NCBI GenBank assembly: GCA_963827665.1
Contig: CAWHBQ010000007.1
Coordinates: 6,401-70,400, forward strand
Direction of reading: 5' to 3'
DNA length: 64,000 nucleotides
Source: an uncultured Oscillospiraceae bacterium
GTDB lineage: Bacteria; Bacillota; Clostridia; Saccharofermentanales; UBA5734
Shown: one piece after another, positions 28,639-37,550 of the stretch
Layout of the letters: each line of letters begins with the position of its first letter
Numbering within the stretch: the stretch's first letter is position 1
Notes under the pieces: generated by a model
Told to the model about the DNA's origin: nothing
Databases searched by the model: none
What the model saw: the letters and a program-made list of their open reading frames with translations, nothing else
Translations under genes and position numbers: made by a program

Positions 28639-30435
28639 ATGAAAAACGCTAAAATCCTCCTGGCCGAAAATTCCCGGTTGATCGCCGATGGCGCGATGGG
28701 CACCTTCTTTCTGGAACTTTCCGGTACGAGCCTGTCAACTTGTGAAAGTGCCAATCTCGAACAACCAGAACTGATTCGCCAGATCCACCAAGCTTACCTC
28801 GATGCCGGCGCCCAATTGTTGCGCACAAACACCTTTGCAGCGATCAATCCAGCCGATGCGCCTGAATTCAAATCGCTTCCGGACGTGATCCATGCCGGCT
28901 ACCGCCTGGCTCGCGATGTTGCCGGCGACAAAGCCCTGGTTGCGGCTGATATTGGTCCGGCTTACGGTCTCGAACCTGATGTCGCCTGGCACGCCTACGA
29001 AAAAGTCATCGATGCATTTTGTGCCGAGCAAGCAGACCTGTTCATTCTCGAAACCTTTGCCGATCCTGACGAGGCGATTGCCCTGAGCAAATCCATCCGG
29101 CGCAAAGTGCCGGATGCCTTGATCATAGCCTCCTTTGCTCTTTCAGCTGACGGGCTGACTCGAAAAGGCATGGGCATCCGTGCCCTGGCAGAAAAGATCG
29201 ACAACTGTCCGACGATTGATTTGTTTGGATTAAACTGCGGGATCGGTCCGACGCATCTGCGCCAGATCCTGACCCAATTGCCTCTGATGCATAAACCGCT
29301 GTCCCTGATGCCCAATAGTGGTTATCCCCGCCGCGATCAGGAGCGGACAATTTTCAGTGCTTCGCCGGTCATTTTTGCCCAGGCTACAGGAGAATTGATC
29401 AGTGAAAATGTCCATTTGATTGGCGGTTGCTGCGGTACGACACCTGACCATATCCGGGCACTCCGGGATCAGTTGGCCGGACAAACTGGCCTCGATCACC
29501 CGGCAACACCGGCCGTCAAGACTGCCAACTTGCCATTTGTCCGGCCCAACAATGCCGATTTTCGATTGGCAGACAAAATCAAATCCGACCAGTTTGTGAC
29601 GATTTGTGAACTTGATCCTCCCCGCCACAGCGATCTTCATGATTTACTGGCCGCAGCCAGAGTGCTGGCGGCCGCCCGGATCGATGCGATCACCCTTGCA
29701 GACTCGCCCTTGGCGCGCGTCAAAGTCGATCCTGTGATCGCTGCAGCCCGAATCCAGCGTGAAGTCCACATTCCGGTGATGCCCCACCTGACCTGCCGAG
29801 ACCGGAATATCAATGCCTTGCGAAGCTTGTTGCTGGGAGCCCACGCAGAAGGGATTCGTCAAATCCTGGCAATCACTGGCGATGGGATTGCCGAAGCCGA
29901 ACGCGGATTCATCAAGCCGGTGTTCAATATCAACAGTATTGGCCTGGTTGAGCAGATCAGCCTCATGAACAGCGATGTATTTGTCAATGAACCGATGCTG
30001 ACTGGCGTGGCACTTGACCTGAACGTTGCCAATCCCGCAGCAGAATTGAAGCGGCTGCAGAAAAAACAGGCTGCCGGGGCATCTTTTGTCCTGACTCAGC
30101 CACTATTTGCAGCTGTCGATGCCAAAGTATTATTGACACCCGTCCGCGAGGCGGGGCTCAAGGTTCTGCTTGGCCTGATGCCGCTCGTCAGTTACCGCAA
30201 TGCCCGCTACTTGTTTGCTGAAGTTCCCGGCATCCGTATCCCGGAGGCACTGCTGGACCGGTTTGATCCGGAAATGTCCAAAGATGCAGCCAGTGAACAA
30301 GGACTTCGCATTTGCCTTGAAGTAGCCCGTCAGATGCGGCCATTCATCGATGGCTTCTATCTGATCGCCCCGTTCAACCGGGCTGATCTGATCGCCGAAC
30401 TTGTCCGCCGACTCAAACTGGAAAAATTGCTGTGA
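28639..30435 (+). CDS. yitJ: Bifunctional homocysteine S-methyltransferase / 5,10-methylenetetrahydrofolate reductase
   Basis: N-terminal Hcy-binding domain (LIADGAMGT, GLNCGIGP, IGGCCGTTPDHI) fused to a MetF domain (HLTCRDRN..., ILAITGD). Same architecture as B. subtilis YitJ. Confidence 0.88.
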   Translation: MKNAKILLAENSRLIADGAMGTFFLELSGTSLSTCESANLEQPELIRQIHQAYLDAGAQLLRTNTFAAINPADAPEFKSLPDVIHAGYRLARDVAGDKALVAADIGPAYGLEPDVAWHAYEKVIDAFCAEQADLFILETFADPDEAIALSKSIRRKVPDALIIASFALSADGLTRKGMGIRALAEKIDNCPTIDLFGLNCGIGPTHLRQILTQLPLMHKPLSLMPNSGYPRRDQERTIFSASPVIFAQATGELISENVHLIGGCCGTTPDHIRALRDQLAGQTGLDHPATPAVKTANLPFVRPNNADFRLADKIKSDQFVTICELDPPRHSDLHDLLAAARVLAAARIDAITLADSPLARVKVDPVIAAARIQREVHIPVMPHLTCRDRNINALRSLLLGAHAEGIRQILAITGDGIAEAERGFIKPVFNINSIGLVEQISLMNSDVFVNEPMLTGVALDLNVANPAAELKRLQKKQAAGASFVLTQPLFAAVDAKVLLTPVREAGLKVLLGLMPLVSYRNARYLFAEVPGIRIPEALLDRFDPEMSKDAASEQGLRICLEVARQMRPFIDGFYLIAPFNRADLIAELVRRLKLEKLL

Positions 30436-30480
30436 TCATGATGTGAACATTAGCTGTGAGTAGGCTGTCAATATTATGGA

Positions 30481-31203
30481 TTAGTCCAAGTCCAGCCAGG
30501 GCTTTCGACGCAGCAGATCGGCTTTGAAAACATCAGCGTTGCGGTTCATGATCAGTTCTTCGGGAAAGTCGATTGAGCGGACCAGTGCTTCGGCCAGATC
30601 AACTTGGCCAACCTGGTCAGCCGTGTGTGCATCACTATTGATCACGATCGGCACTTGCAGATCACGACAGGCGAGCGCTATCTCTAGGCAAACATCACCG
30701 TCCTGCCTGCGCTTCTTGATGGTCCAGCGATTGATTTCGACCATTGTCCCCGTGGCTTTGCAAGCTTCAAGAACAGCCGGAATGTCATAGCGGTAATTGC
30801 CCCGTCCGGTATGGCCGAGGATATCGATCAATGGATTCTGGGCAGCCGCGATCAAGGCACGTGTATGATCTTCCCTGTTCGTCGGTTCAATGATGATTTC
30901 ATGAAAACTCGCGATGACAACATCCAGTCGTCTTAACAACTCGACAGGCAAATCCAATTCGCCGTCGAAATCCATCAGGTTTGCTTCAACGCCACGAAGA
31001 ACTTGTACACCGTCAAGCCAGTGAGGGACCATTTTGAGCGAATTGAAATACAGGCTGTTGGCTGAGCCCGGAATGGCAGGGCCATGGTCGGTCAGAACGA
31101 AGCCGTCCAACCCGCGCCTGCGGCAGTAACCGGCAATTTCTTCAAGGGTGCCGAACGCGTGACCGCTGGCAATTGAGTGGACATGGCAGTCGAATTTAAT
31201 CAT
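30481..31203 (-). CDS. PHP-domain phosphatase (YcdX-like)
   Basis: MIKFDCHVHSIASGHAF..., LTDHGP and INSDAHT metal-ligand motifs. GGAGG lies 6 nt before ATG 31203. Confidence 0.75.
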   Translation of the reverse strand: MIKFDCHVHSIASGHAFGTLEEIAGYCRRRGLDGFVLTDHGPAIPGSANSLYFNSLKMVPHWLDGVQVLRGVEANLMDFDGELDLPVELLRRLDVVIASFHEIIIEPTNREDHTRALIAAAQNPLIDILGHTGRGNYRYDIPAVLEACKATGTMVEINRWTIKKRRQDGDVCLEIALACRDLQVPIVINSDAHTADQVGQVDLAEALVRSIDFPEELIMNRNADVFKADLLRRKPWLDLD

Positions 31204-31214
31204 GGAAGCCTCCG

Positions 31215-33266
31215 TCAAGGTGTCAGGACATCTGTGAATTCACCGAAAATGATTGTCGTGTCATCCTGGCGGTAGGAGCGCACCTTGTAAAAGTATTCTA
31301 AATCAGGAATGAGTGATTCATCCAGATAATTTGTTGTCGCGTTGTCGGCAATTTTTGCAAAACTGCCCTTTCGTGAAGTCGCACGGTATATTTCATAACC
31401 ATCAGCACTGTCCACGGGCGACCAGATGGCTTGTACGATGCTCGGGCTGATCCGGGAAACGATGAAATTTTCCGGCCTGGCAGGAATGGGCGTGGCTGAA
31501 ACGATTTCAGAAAAACCATTGTGGATGGCCGTCATACCGCAAATTGAATAGCCTCTGATTTTATAGAAGTAAGTGATGCCGGTTTTCACACCCAGATCAT
31601 TATAGGATGCTCCGACAGCGTTGATTTTATCGATTATTTCGAAGGATCCGGCAAGACTGGTGTCCCGGCTGATTTCGTAATAATCACAGCCTGGATCATC
31701 CAGCCAACTTAAGACGACGCTGTTGGAATCGACCGATTTGGCACTCGGCTCTTCAATTGCTTCATCCATCCAGCGCGCATAAAGTGTGATGTCCGATTCA
31801 AGTAAATCTGTCTCGAAATTCCAGGCCTTGAGGTAGTTCGGATCCTGATACCAACCGACAAACAAGTGTCCTTCCAGATTCGGCATGTCAGGCTCGGGGA
31901 TCAGGTTGCCACCAGCCACCGAGACTTCTGTCAAATCGCGATCATTCTGGGCGTCGAATGTGACGGAATAGACTGGTGAAAAAGAATCGGTGCGATAACC
32001 ATATAAAGTTGGCGGGGCGAACCCGTTTTTCTCCAAAATATAATAGATTTTAAAGTCTTCCGCACTGCCATGAAAGGCCTCATAACCGATTGCAGGGGCA
32101 TCGCCGTAGATATAAGCCGCTTTCAACTGACAGCCACTGAAAGCATGCTCACCGATATGATAGATACTGGCCGGAAACTCAATGCTGGTGAGCCCTGTAC
32201 AGCCGGCAAATGCCTGCATACCGATCCTGGCCAGATTCTTGCCCAGTGACACAGCCTTAAGCCCCGTACAATCCTTGAAAGAACGCCAGTTGACGGTGAT
32301 CACACTGTCTGGAATCGTCATATCTGTCAGATATCGGCAGGAATTGAATGCATTTTCGCCAATGATGCTGACACTTTCCGGGATATTGAACACCGGTGCG
32401 GTCTGACCAGCAGGATAGCATAATAGAGACGAGATTTTCTTGTCGAACAAGACGCCGCCAATACTCACGAAATTGCGATTTTCACTGGCGACATCGATTG
32501 TTTTCAAATTCTGGCAAAGTACAAAGGCTTGGCCACCAATGCTGGCGACTTCTTTTGAAATGGTTACTGCAGTCAGGCTGGCACAATCCCAGAAAGCACA
32601 GTCGCCCACAGTTTTCACTTGATCCGTTAAAGTCATACGCGTCAGCGCTGTGCAATTTGAAAACGCACTTTCCTCAATTGTCGTCACATTGGCTGAAAGG
32701 GATAAACTCGTCAAGCCTGAACAGCCACTGAACGATCCCGCACCAACCGTAATGACAGTATCCGGGATCGTGTAGGCCTGATCCGGCTTGCCTTTCGGGT
32801 AACAGATCAAGGCCGTTTGCAGATAGTTGAACAAGACACCGCCATTACTGGAAAACGATGTGTTTTCTGGCGCAACGTTAATTGTCGCCAGGCTATCACA
32901 GCCAAAAAAGGCACCCTTGCCGATACTGGCAACATTTTGTGGAATCGCGAACGCTGTCAGCATGGTGCAAAAAGAAAATGCATATTCGCCGATCGTAACC
33001 ACACTGTCTGGAATTGCCAGGCTCTTGATCCCTGTAGTGCCCCAGAACGCGCCATCGCCGATACTCGTCACCGGATATCCGCCCAATGACCCAGGGATTG
33101 CGACATCGCCGCCTGGGCCGGTGTACTTTTCGACCGTGGCTGAATTCTCCGAAATCGTGTATTGATAGTCACCGGATGATTCAGCAATGATGGTCTGGGG
33201 GATCGGAACCAGGCAAATCAAGAGAACGACAAGAATAGCCACAGATTTCTGAAGCATTTTTTTCAT
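31215..33266 (-). CDS. Secreted BspA-type leucine-rich-repeat protein with a Listeria/Bacteroides (Flg_new) repeat and two Fn3-like domains
   Basis: Signal peptide MKKMLQKSVAILVVLLICLV. About 14 repeats of the type IPDSVxxIGxxAFxxCxxLTSI. YSVTFDAQ...LFVGWYQDPNYLKAWNFETD. Two C-terminal about 90-aa modules with WxxV..ADGYEIYR. Confidence 0.8.
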   Translation of the reverse strand: MKKMLQKSVAILVVLLICLVPIPQTIIAESSGDYQYTISENSATVEKYTGPGGDVAIPGSLGGYPVTSIGDGAFWGTTGIKSLAIPDSVVTIGEYAFSFCTMLTAFAIPQNVASIGKGAFFGCDSLATINVAPENTSFSSNGGVLFNYLQTALICYPKGKPDQAYTIPDTVITVGAGSFSGCSGLTSLSLSANVTTIEESAFSNCTALTRMTLTDQVKTVGDCAFWDCASLTAVTISKEVASIGGQAFVLCQNLKTIDVASENRNFVSIGGVLFDKKISSLLCYPAGQTAPVFNIPESVSIIGENAFNSCRYLTDMTIPDSVITVNWRSFKDCTGLKAVSLGKNLARIGMQAFAGCTGLTSIEFPASIYHIGEHAFSGCQLKAAYIYGDAPAIGYEAFHGSAEDFKIYYILEKNGFAPPTLYGYRTDSFSPVYSVTFDAQNDRDLTEVSVAGGNLIPEPDMPNLEGHLFVGWYQDPNYLKAWNFETDLLESDITLYARWMDEAIEEPSAKSVDSNSVVLSWLDDPGCDYYEISRDTSLAGSFEIIDKINAVGASYNDLGVKTGITYFYKIRGYSICGMTAIHNGFSEIVSATPIPARPENFIVSRISPSIVQAIWSPVDSADGYEIYRATSRKGSFAKIADNATTNYLDESLIPDLEYFYKVRSYRQDDTTIIFGEFTDVLTP

Positions 33267-33501
33267 ATGAACACCATCTCTTCCCGGAGGTGGGCAAATT
33301 GACTGAACATGACAAGACCGGGACAGTGGCCGGATTTGCAATTTGCTCTTGTCAGATCAAATCGACCCGATCAGACCTGACAGTCTAAGCATCGATGAAC
33401 ATCTGCTCATAGCAATTTAATTATTGATGTTTCGACTTATTATCTATTTTAGCACTGATCAAAGTATGGGGCTGAAACATGTCAAAAATAACAGGTTCGA
33501 A

Positions 33502-33699
33502 TTATTTCTTCTTCCCCATCATGCCATTGATCTTCATGACGATGACCACACCGATAACCAGTGCGATGAGCAGGGCAAAAGTACTCGCACCGCTTCCTGA
33601 AAAGCCTAAAAGTCCAAGTATTGCCTTAGTTGCAGAACTCAGAATCCCCGCCAGGATTGTAAAGACGATCAATGACCCTAACCATTTTAAAAATCCCAC
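33502..33699 (-). CDS. Small hydrophobic protein (2 predicted TM helices)
   Basis: 65 aa MGFLKWLGSLIVFTILAGILSSATKAILGLLGFSGSGASTFALLIALVIGVVIVMKINGMMGKKK. No family recognised. Confidence 0.4.
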   Translation of the reverse strand: MGFLKWLGSLIVFTILAGILSSATKAILGLLGFSGSGASTFALLIALVIGVVIVMKINGMMGKKK

Positions 33700-33721
33700 A
33701 GATGCCTCCTGAAATCGAATG

Positions 33722-33752
33722 AAAAAACCTCACAACCGCACTGGCTGCAAGG
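33722..33752 (-). terminator. Terminator after tRNA-His/Gln/Lys cluster
   Basis: Minus strand CCTTGCA-loop-TGTGAGG (7 bp with two G-U pairs) followed by TTTTTT. Confidence 0.4.
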
Positions 33753-33759
33753 TTTTATC

Positions 33760-33835
33760 TGGTGATCCACCGGAGGCTCGAACTCCGGACCCCCTGATTA
33801 AAAGTCAGGTGCTCTACCAACTGAGCTAGTGGATC
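33760..33835 (-). tRNA. tRNA-Lys (anticodon TTT)
   Basis: Reverse complement GATCCACTAGCTCAGTTGGTAGAGCACCTGACTTTTAATCAGGGGGTCCGGAGTTCGAGCCTCCGGTGGATCACCA. Confidence 0.9.
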
Positions 33836-33838
33836 ATA

Positions 33839-33913
33839 TGGCTGGGGTGGCAGGATTTGAACCTACGAGTGCGGGAGTCAAAGTCCCGTGCCTTACCGCT
33901 TGGCGACACCCCA
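33839..33913 (-). tRNA. tRNA-Gln (anticodon TTG)
   Basis: Reverse complement TGGGGTGTCGCCAAGCGGTAAGGCACGGGACTTTGACTCCCGCACTCGTAGGTTCAAATCCTGCCACCCCAGCCA. Confidence 0.9.
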
Positions 33914-33969
33914 ATGCTGCCTGATCTGCAGGTGACGATGGCGCCGGCATGGGCATCCGCGGGCGTTTT

Positions 33970-34047
33970 TGGGGTGGGATATGGGAATCGAACCCACGAC
34001 CTCCAGAGCCACAATCTGGCACTCTAACCAACTGAGCTAATCCCACC
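33970..34047 (-). tRNA. tRNA-His (anticodon GTG, with G-1)
   Basis: Reverse complement GGTGGGATTAGCTCAGTTGGTTAGAGTGCCAGATTGTGGCTCTGGAGGTCGTGGGTTCGATTCCCATATCCCACCCCA. Confidence 0.9.
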
Positions 34048-34195
34048 ATGTTTACTGCCGTTCGCCGCCGGCACGAAGTGATTATACGGATCGCCCAAAC
34101 AGGTTGTCAAGTCATCAAATTGACATCTTTTGTCACCTGGATTCCTCGATATACTGTTTCTGGAGTGTCATGGCGCTCCGGGATGGTAATCTTTC

Positions 34196-34758
34196 ATGTC
34201 TAACCTGCATTCGTCCCGATCCGCTGAACGTGTCTGACAAGCTGCCGCTGCATCGGCGAACGGCTTTGATCTGACTGCCACTGCGAAGAACGACTGATCT
34301 GAGCTTGCTGCCTTTTTTCCAGGATATGCTCAACCTTGACTTATTATCTGCCGACGACTGCCCGTCCGTTCAATGCGCCGCAGCTTAAAGTCTTGCTCAC
34401 GGACTGGAATGATGGGATCGAGAATTTTGTTTTTGCCATTCGCCTCGACGGCCAGATCTGATCGGCTTGGTCAACCTCGATGGCCTGGATTGGCCCAACA
34501 GCCATGCCGAGATCGGCATCGCCCTGACCGACCGGCTGCAGCGCGGCCAAGGCCTGGCGGCTGAAGCGCTGCGCTGTCTGATCGATTATGCTTTCGGCGA
34601 ATTGGGTCTGCATCGGATCTGGGCCAGGATCATCGAAGATAACGCACCGTCCATCCGCCTGTTCTCACAAGCTCGGATTCCAGCCGGAAGGTCGTCCTGC
34701 GCCGCCATGTCCGACGCCGCGGCCAGTTCCGCGACATGCTGGTGTTCGGGCTTTGCTA
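34196..34758 (+). pseudogene. GNAT (RimJ/RimL-type) N-acetyltransferase, several frameshifts as assembled
   Basis: Pieces in three frames: LPLRRTTDLSLLPFFQD, YLPTTARPFNAPQLKVLLTDWNDGIENFVFAIRLDGQ, LIGLVNLDGLDWPNSHAEIGIALTDRLQRGQGLAAEALRCLIDYAFGELGLHRIWARIIEDNAPSIRLF, GFQPEGR and GQFRDMLVFGLC*. Confidence 0.6.
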
Positions 34759-34892
34759 GCGCCGGATGAGATACTTGCAAGTACAGGCACGTTCTTTGAG
34801 GCTTTCACTCGATTCTGCCTCCCATGTTAAGATAATGTCGGTATTGCAATGGCTCCGGACTTAATCGCAGAGTTAACAGGAGGAATTGTAAC

Positions 34893-36147
34893 ATGAGCAA
34901 ATTGATTGGTAATGCGATTTTCGGCCAGTCCGGCGGACCGACATCGGTCATCAACGCCAGCGCGGCCGGTGTCTTTACCGAAGCTTTGCGGCAGACCGGC
35001 GTCATTGAAAAAGTCTATGGCGCCGCCAATGGCATCGTCGGCATCCTGAACGAAAAATTCTATGATATCGGCCAGGAAGATCCGGCCGAGATCGAACTGC
35101 TGAAAACCACCCCGTCTTCTGCGCTCGGTTCCTGCCGTTACAAGCTGGCCAAAGCCGAAGTCGACGATACAGACTACAAGCGCCTGCTCGAAGTTTTCAA
35201 AAAATACAATATCCGCTATTTCTTCTACAATGGCGGCAATGATTCCATGGATACCTGCAACAAGATTTCCAAATACATGCAGAAGTCCGGCTACGAGTGC
35301 CGCGTCATGGGCGTTCCGAAGACCATCGACAACGATCTGTTCGGCACCGACCATTGCCCTGGATTTCGCTTCGGCAGCCAAATACATCGCCACGACCTTC
35401 ATGGAAGTCTACCTGGACGCCCGTGTCTATGACACCGGCATGGTCACCGTCATCGAGATCATGGGCCGCAATGCCGGCTGGCTGACCGCCTCTGCTGCCC
35501 TGGCCGCCTACAAGGGCCTGCGGTCCGGACCTGATCTACCTGCCGGAAGTCGATTTCGACCTCGACAAGATGCTGGTCGATGTCCAGCGAATCTATGAAA
35601 AAGAAAAGAAAGTCATCATTGCTGTTTCTGAAGGCGTCAAAACCAAGGATGGCAAATATATTCCGGAACTGGTCGGCGAAGTATCTGTCGATGCCTTCGG
35701 CCACAAGCAGATGGGCGGCACGGCGACCGTTCTGGCCAACTACATCAAGGAACAGATCGGCTGCAAGGTCCGCGGCATCGAACTGTCCCTGATGCAGCGC
35801 TGCGCGGCACACCTGGCTTCCAAGACGCGATGTCGATGAATCCTTCCTGGCCGGCCAGACCGCTGTCCGCTGTCGCGGTCGATGGCATGACCGATTTCAT
35901 GGTCGGTTTCCAGCGTCCGGAAAGCGGGCCATATACAAGTGCGAGATCAAGCTGATCCCGCTCAGCGATGTTGCCAATACCGAGAAAAAACGGTACCGCG
36001 CGAATGGATCAACGCCGAAGGCAATTTCGTCAATGCAGCAGTTCATCGACTATGCTCTGCCGCTGATCCAAGGCGAATCCAGAGATCGCCATCGAAGACG
36101 GCCTGCCGCGTTTTGCCAAGCTGAAAAAAGTCCTCGTGGCAAAATAA
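34893..36147 (+). pseudogene. 6-phosphofructokinase, long PfkA-family form (ATP/PPi type), at least 4 frameshifts as assembled
   Basis: MSKLIGNAIFGQSGGPTSVINAS...YNGGNDSMDT...MGVPKTIDNDLFGTDHCPGF, then SAAKYIATTFMEVYLDARVYDTGMVTVIEIMGRNAGWL, then VIIAVSEGVKTKDGKYIPEL...FGHKQMGG, with tail GLPRFAKLKKVLVAK* in other frames. AGGAGG RBS at 34878-34883. Confidence 0.8.
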
Positions 36148-36196
36148 TTCCGGACTAGTTCGGCGATTGTCCTTTGCACTATTATCAAATGTGAGC

Positions 36197-36233
36197 AAAA
36201 GCCCCGGCACCTGATTGGCTGCCGGGGCTTTTT
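36197..36233. terminator. Bidirectional terminator between pfk and the flavin reductase gene
   Basis: aaaaGCCCCGGC-12 nt-GCCGGGGCttttt: perfect 8-bp GC-rich stem. Confidence 0.7.
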
Positions 36234-36254
36234 CATGACCTGTCGCTTTTCAAT

Positions 36255-36977
36255 TTATGTTTTGGACTTTTTATGTTTCGGACTATTTTTTGATTTTTTG
36301 TGATGGCTACTGTCTGGCGATTTTGAATCTGATTTGCCCGACTTCAACCGTTTCTTCAATACCTCTGGCCGGGCTACCGAATAGCCGAAAAATCCCAGTG
36401 GTTTGCCGAGGCCGTAGTATTCACCATGGACATAGGCAACGAGGTCGGCCTTGTCCAGGCAAAGCCGGTTGTTGGCGTCGAACAGATCGCGGCGGACCTG
36501 GACAGCATCAACCCGGGCAATAAACACATCGTGGGATTCGAGGGAAATAATCTGGGTAACCGAACAGGATAGTGTCAGGGGGCTTTCTGCGACAGCGGGG
36601 GCGTATTCCATGTGTTCAGCTGCAACTGCAGTCAGCTGGCAGGCTGCGAATTTATCAATATCTGCGCCTGACCGCACGCCGCAAAAATCAGTTGCTTTCA
36701 ACAATTTCTGGTCAACCAGGTTGATGACGAATTCCCGGCTCTGGCAAATCTGATCATAGGAGTATCGCGATTTGCGGACAGATATCGAGACCATGGGCGG
36801 TTCGGAATTGATTGTACCAGCCCAGGCTACTGTCAACAGGTTTGGTTTGTCTTTCCCTCCTCCGGGTGTTCCCTGGCAGGAAATCAGGACGACTGGGACC
36901 GGAGCCAGCAAAGTGGAAGGTTTCATGCTGATTTTGCTAAGATGCACATTGTCTTCTATCATTGTCTTTTCCATCAA
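36255..36977 (-). CDS. Flavin reductase-like (FMN-binding split-barrel) protein with Lys/Ser-rich C-terminal tail
   Basis: STLLAPVPVVLISC...NLLTVAWAGTINSEPPMVSISVRKSRYSYDQI is typical of the Flavin_Reduct family. The last about 33 aa are KKRLKSGKSDSKSPDSSHHKKSKNSPKHKKSKT. Confidence 0.75.
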   Translation of the reverse strand: MMEKTMIEDNVHLSKISMKPSTLLAPVPVVLISCQGTPGGGKDKPNLLTVAWAGTINSEPPMVSISVRKSRYSYDQICQSREFVINLVDQKLLKATDFCGVRSGADIDKFAACQLTAVAAEHMEYAPAVAESPLTLSCSVTQIISLESHDVFIARVDAVQVRRDLFDANNRLCLDKADLVAYVHGEYYGLGKPLGFFGYSVARPEVLKKRLKSGKSDSKSPDSSHHKKSKNSPKHKKSKT

Positions 36978-37000
36978 CTTCCTCTATCGTTAAATCGTTA

Positions 37001-37546
37001 TTACACACCGAGCATCTCATGGTTCAGTAAAAAGGCTTTCAATTCGACTCCACCGGCAAAACCAACCAACCGCCCGTTCTTACCGATCACCCGATGACAA
37101 GGGATGACGATCGGCAAGGGATTTGCGGCACATGCTGCTCCTACTGCCCGGGCCAGGGTCCGCGGAGTCTGTTCCGGTCGGGCGATTTTTTCAGCCAATT
37201 CTTCGTATGACCAGGTTGCGCCAAAAGGAATTCGGCGCAAATTCTCCCACACACGCCGCTGGAATTCACTGCCCTCGAGGATCTCGAGTGGCAGTTCAAA
37301 GGCACGCCTTTTACCGTCAAAATATTCGCGCAATTGGCGACAGGCATCCTGCAGGACCGGCGGCGCATCATCCACGATCATCAGCCGTCCTGGTCTTGCC
37401 GCACCTGGAAAATCACGGTTCAGGAATTCGACAGCCACGATCGCCTGATCGTTCGAACGGATATGGACGGCTCCGCCGCTGAAGGTGAGAAAAGCGTCGT
37501 ACAAATCTGGAAATTTCTGAGCCTGGATGGTTTTCCGCTTGACCAT
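37001..37546 (-). CDS. ogt: Methylated-DNA--protein-cysteine methyltransferase
   Basis: FQRRVWENLRRIPFGATWSYEELA and active-site IPCHRVIG. Confidence 0.85.
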   Translation of the reverse strand: MVKRKTIQAQKFPDLYDAFLTFSGGAVHIRSNDQAIVAVEFLNRDFPGAARPGRLMIVDDAPPVLQDACRQLREYFDGKRRAFELPLEILEGSEFQRRVWENLRRIPFGATWSYEELAEKIARPEQTPRTLARAVGAACAANPLPIVIPCHRVIGKNGRLVGFAGGVELKAFLLNHEMLGV

Positions 37547-37550
37547 ACGT

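Noticed and set aside
34133-34333. 66-aa basic ORF on the minus strand.
   Set aside because: It lies antisense to the N-terminal remnants of the GNAT pseudogene. It has no RBS and an arginine/serine-rich junk-like composition.
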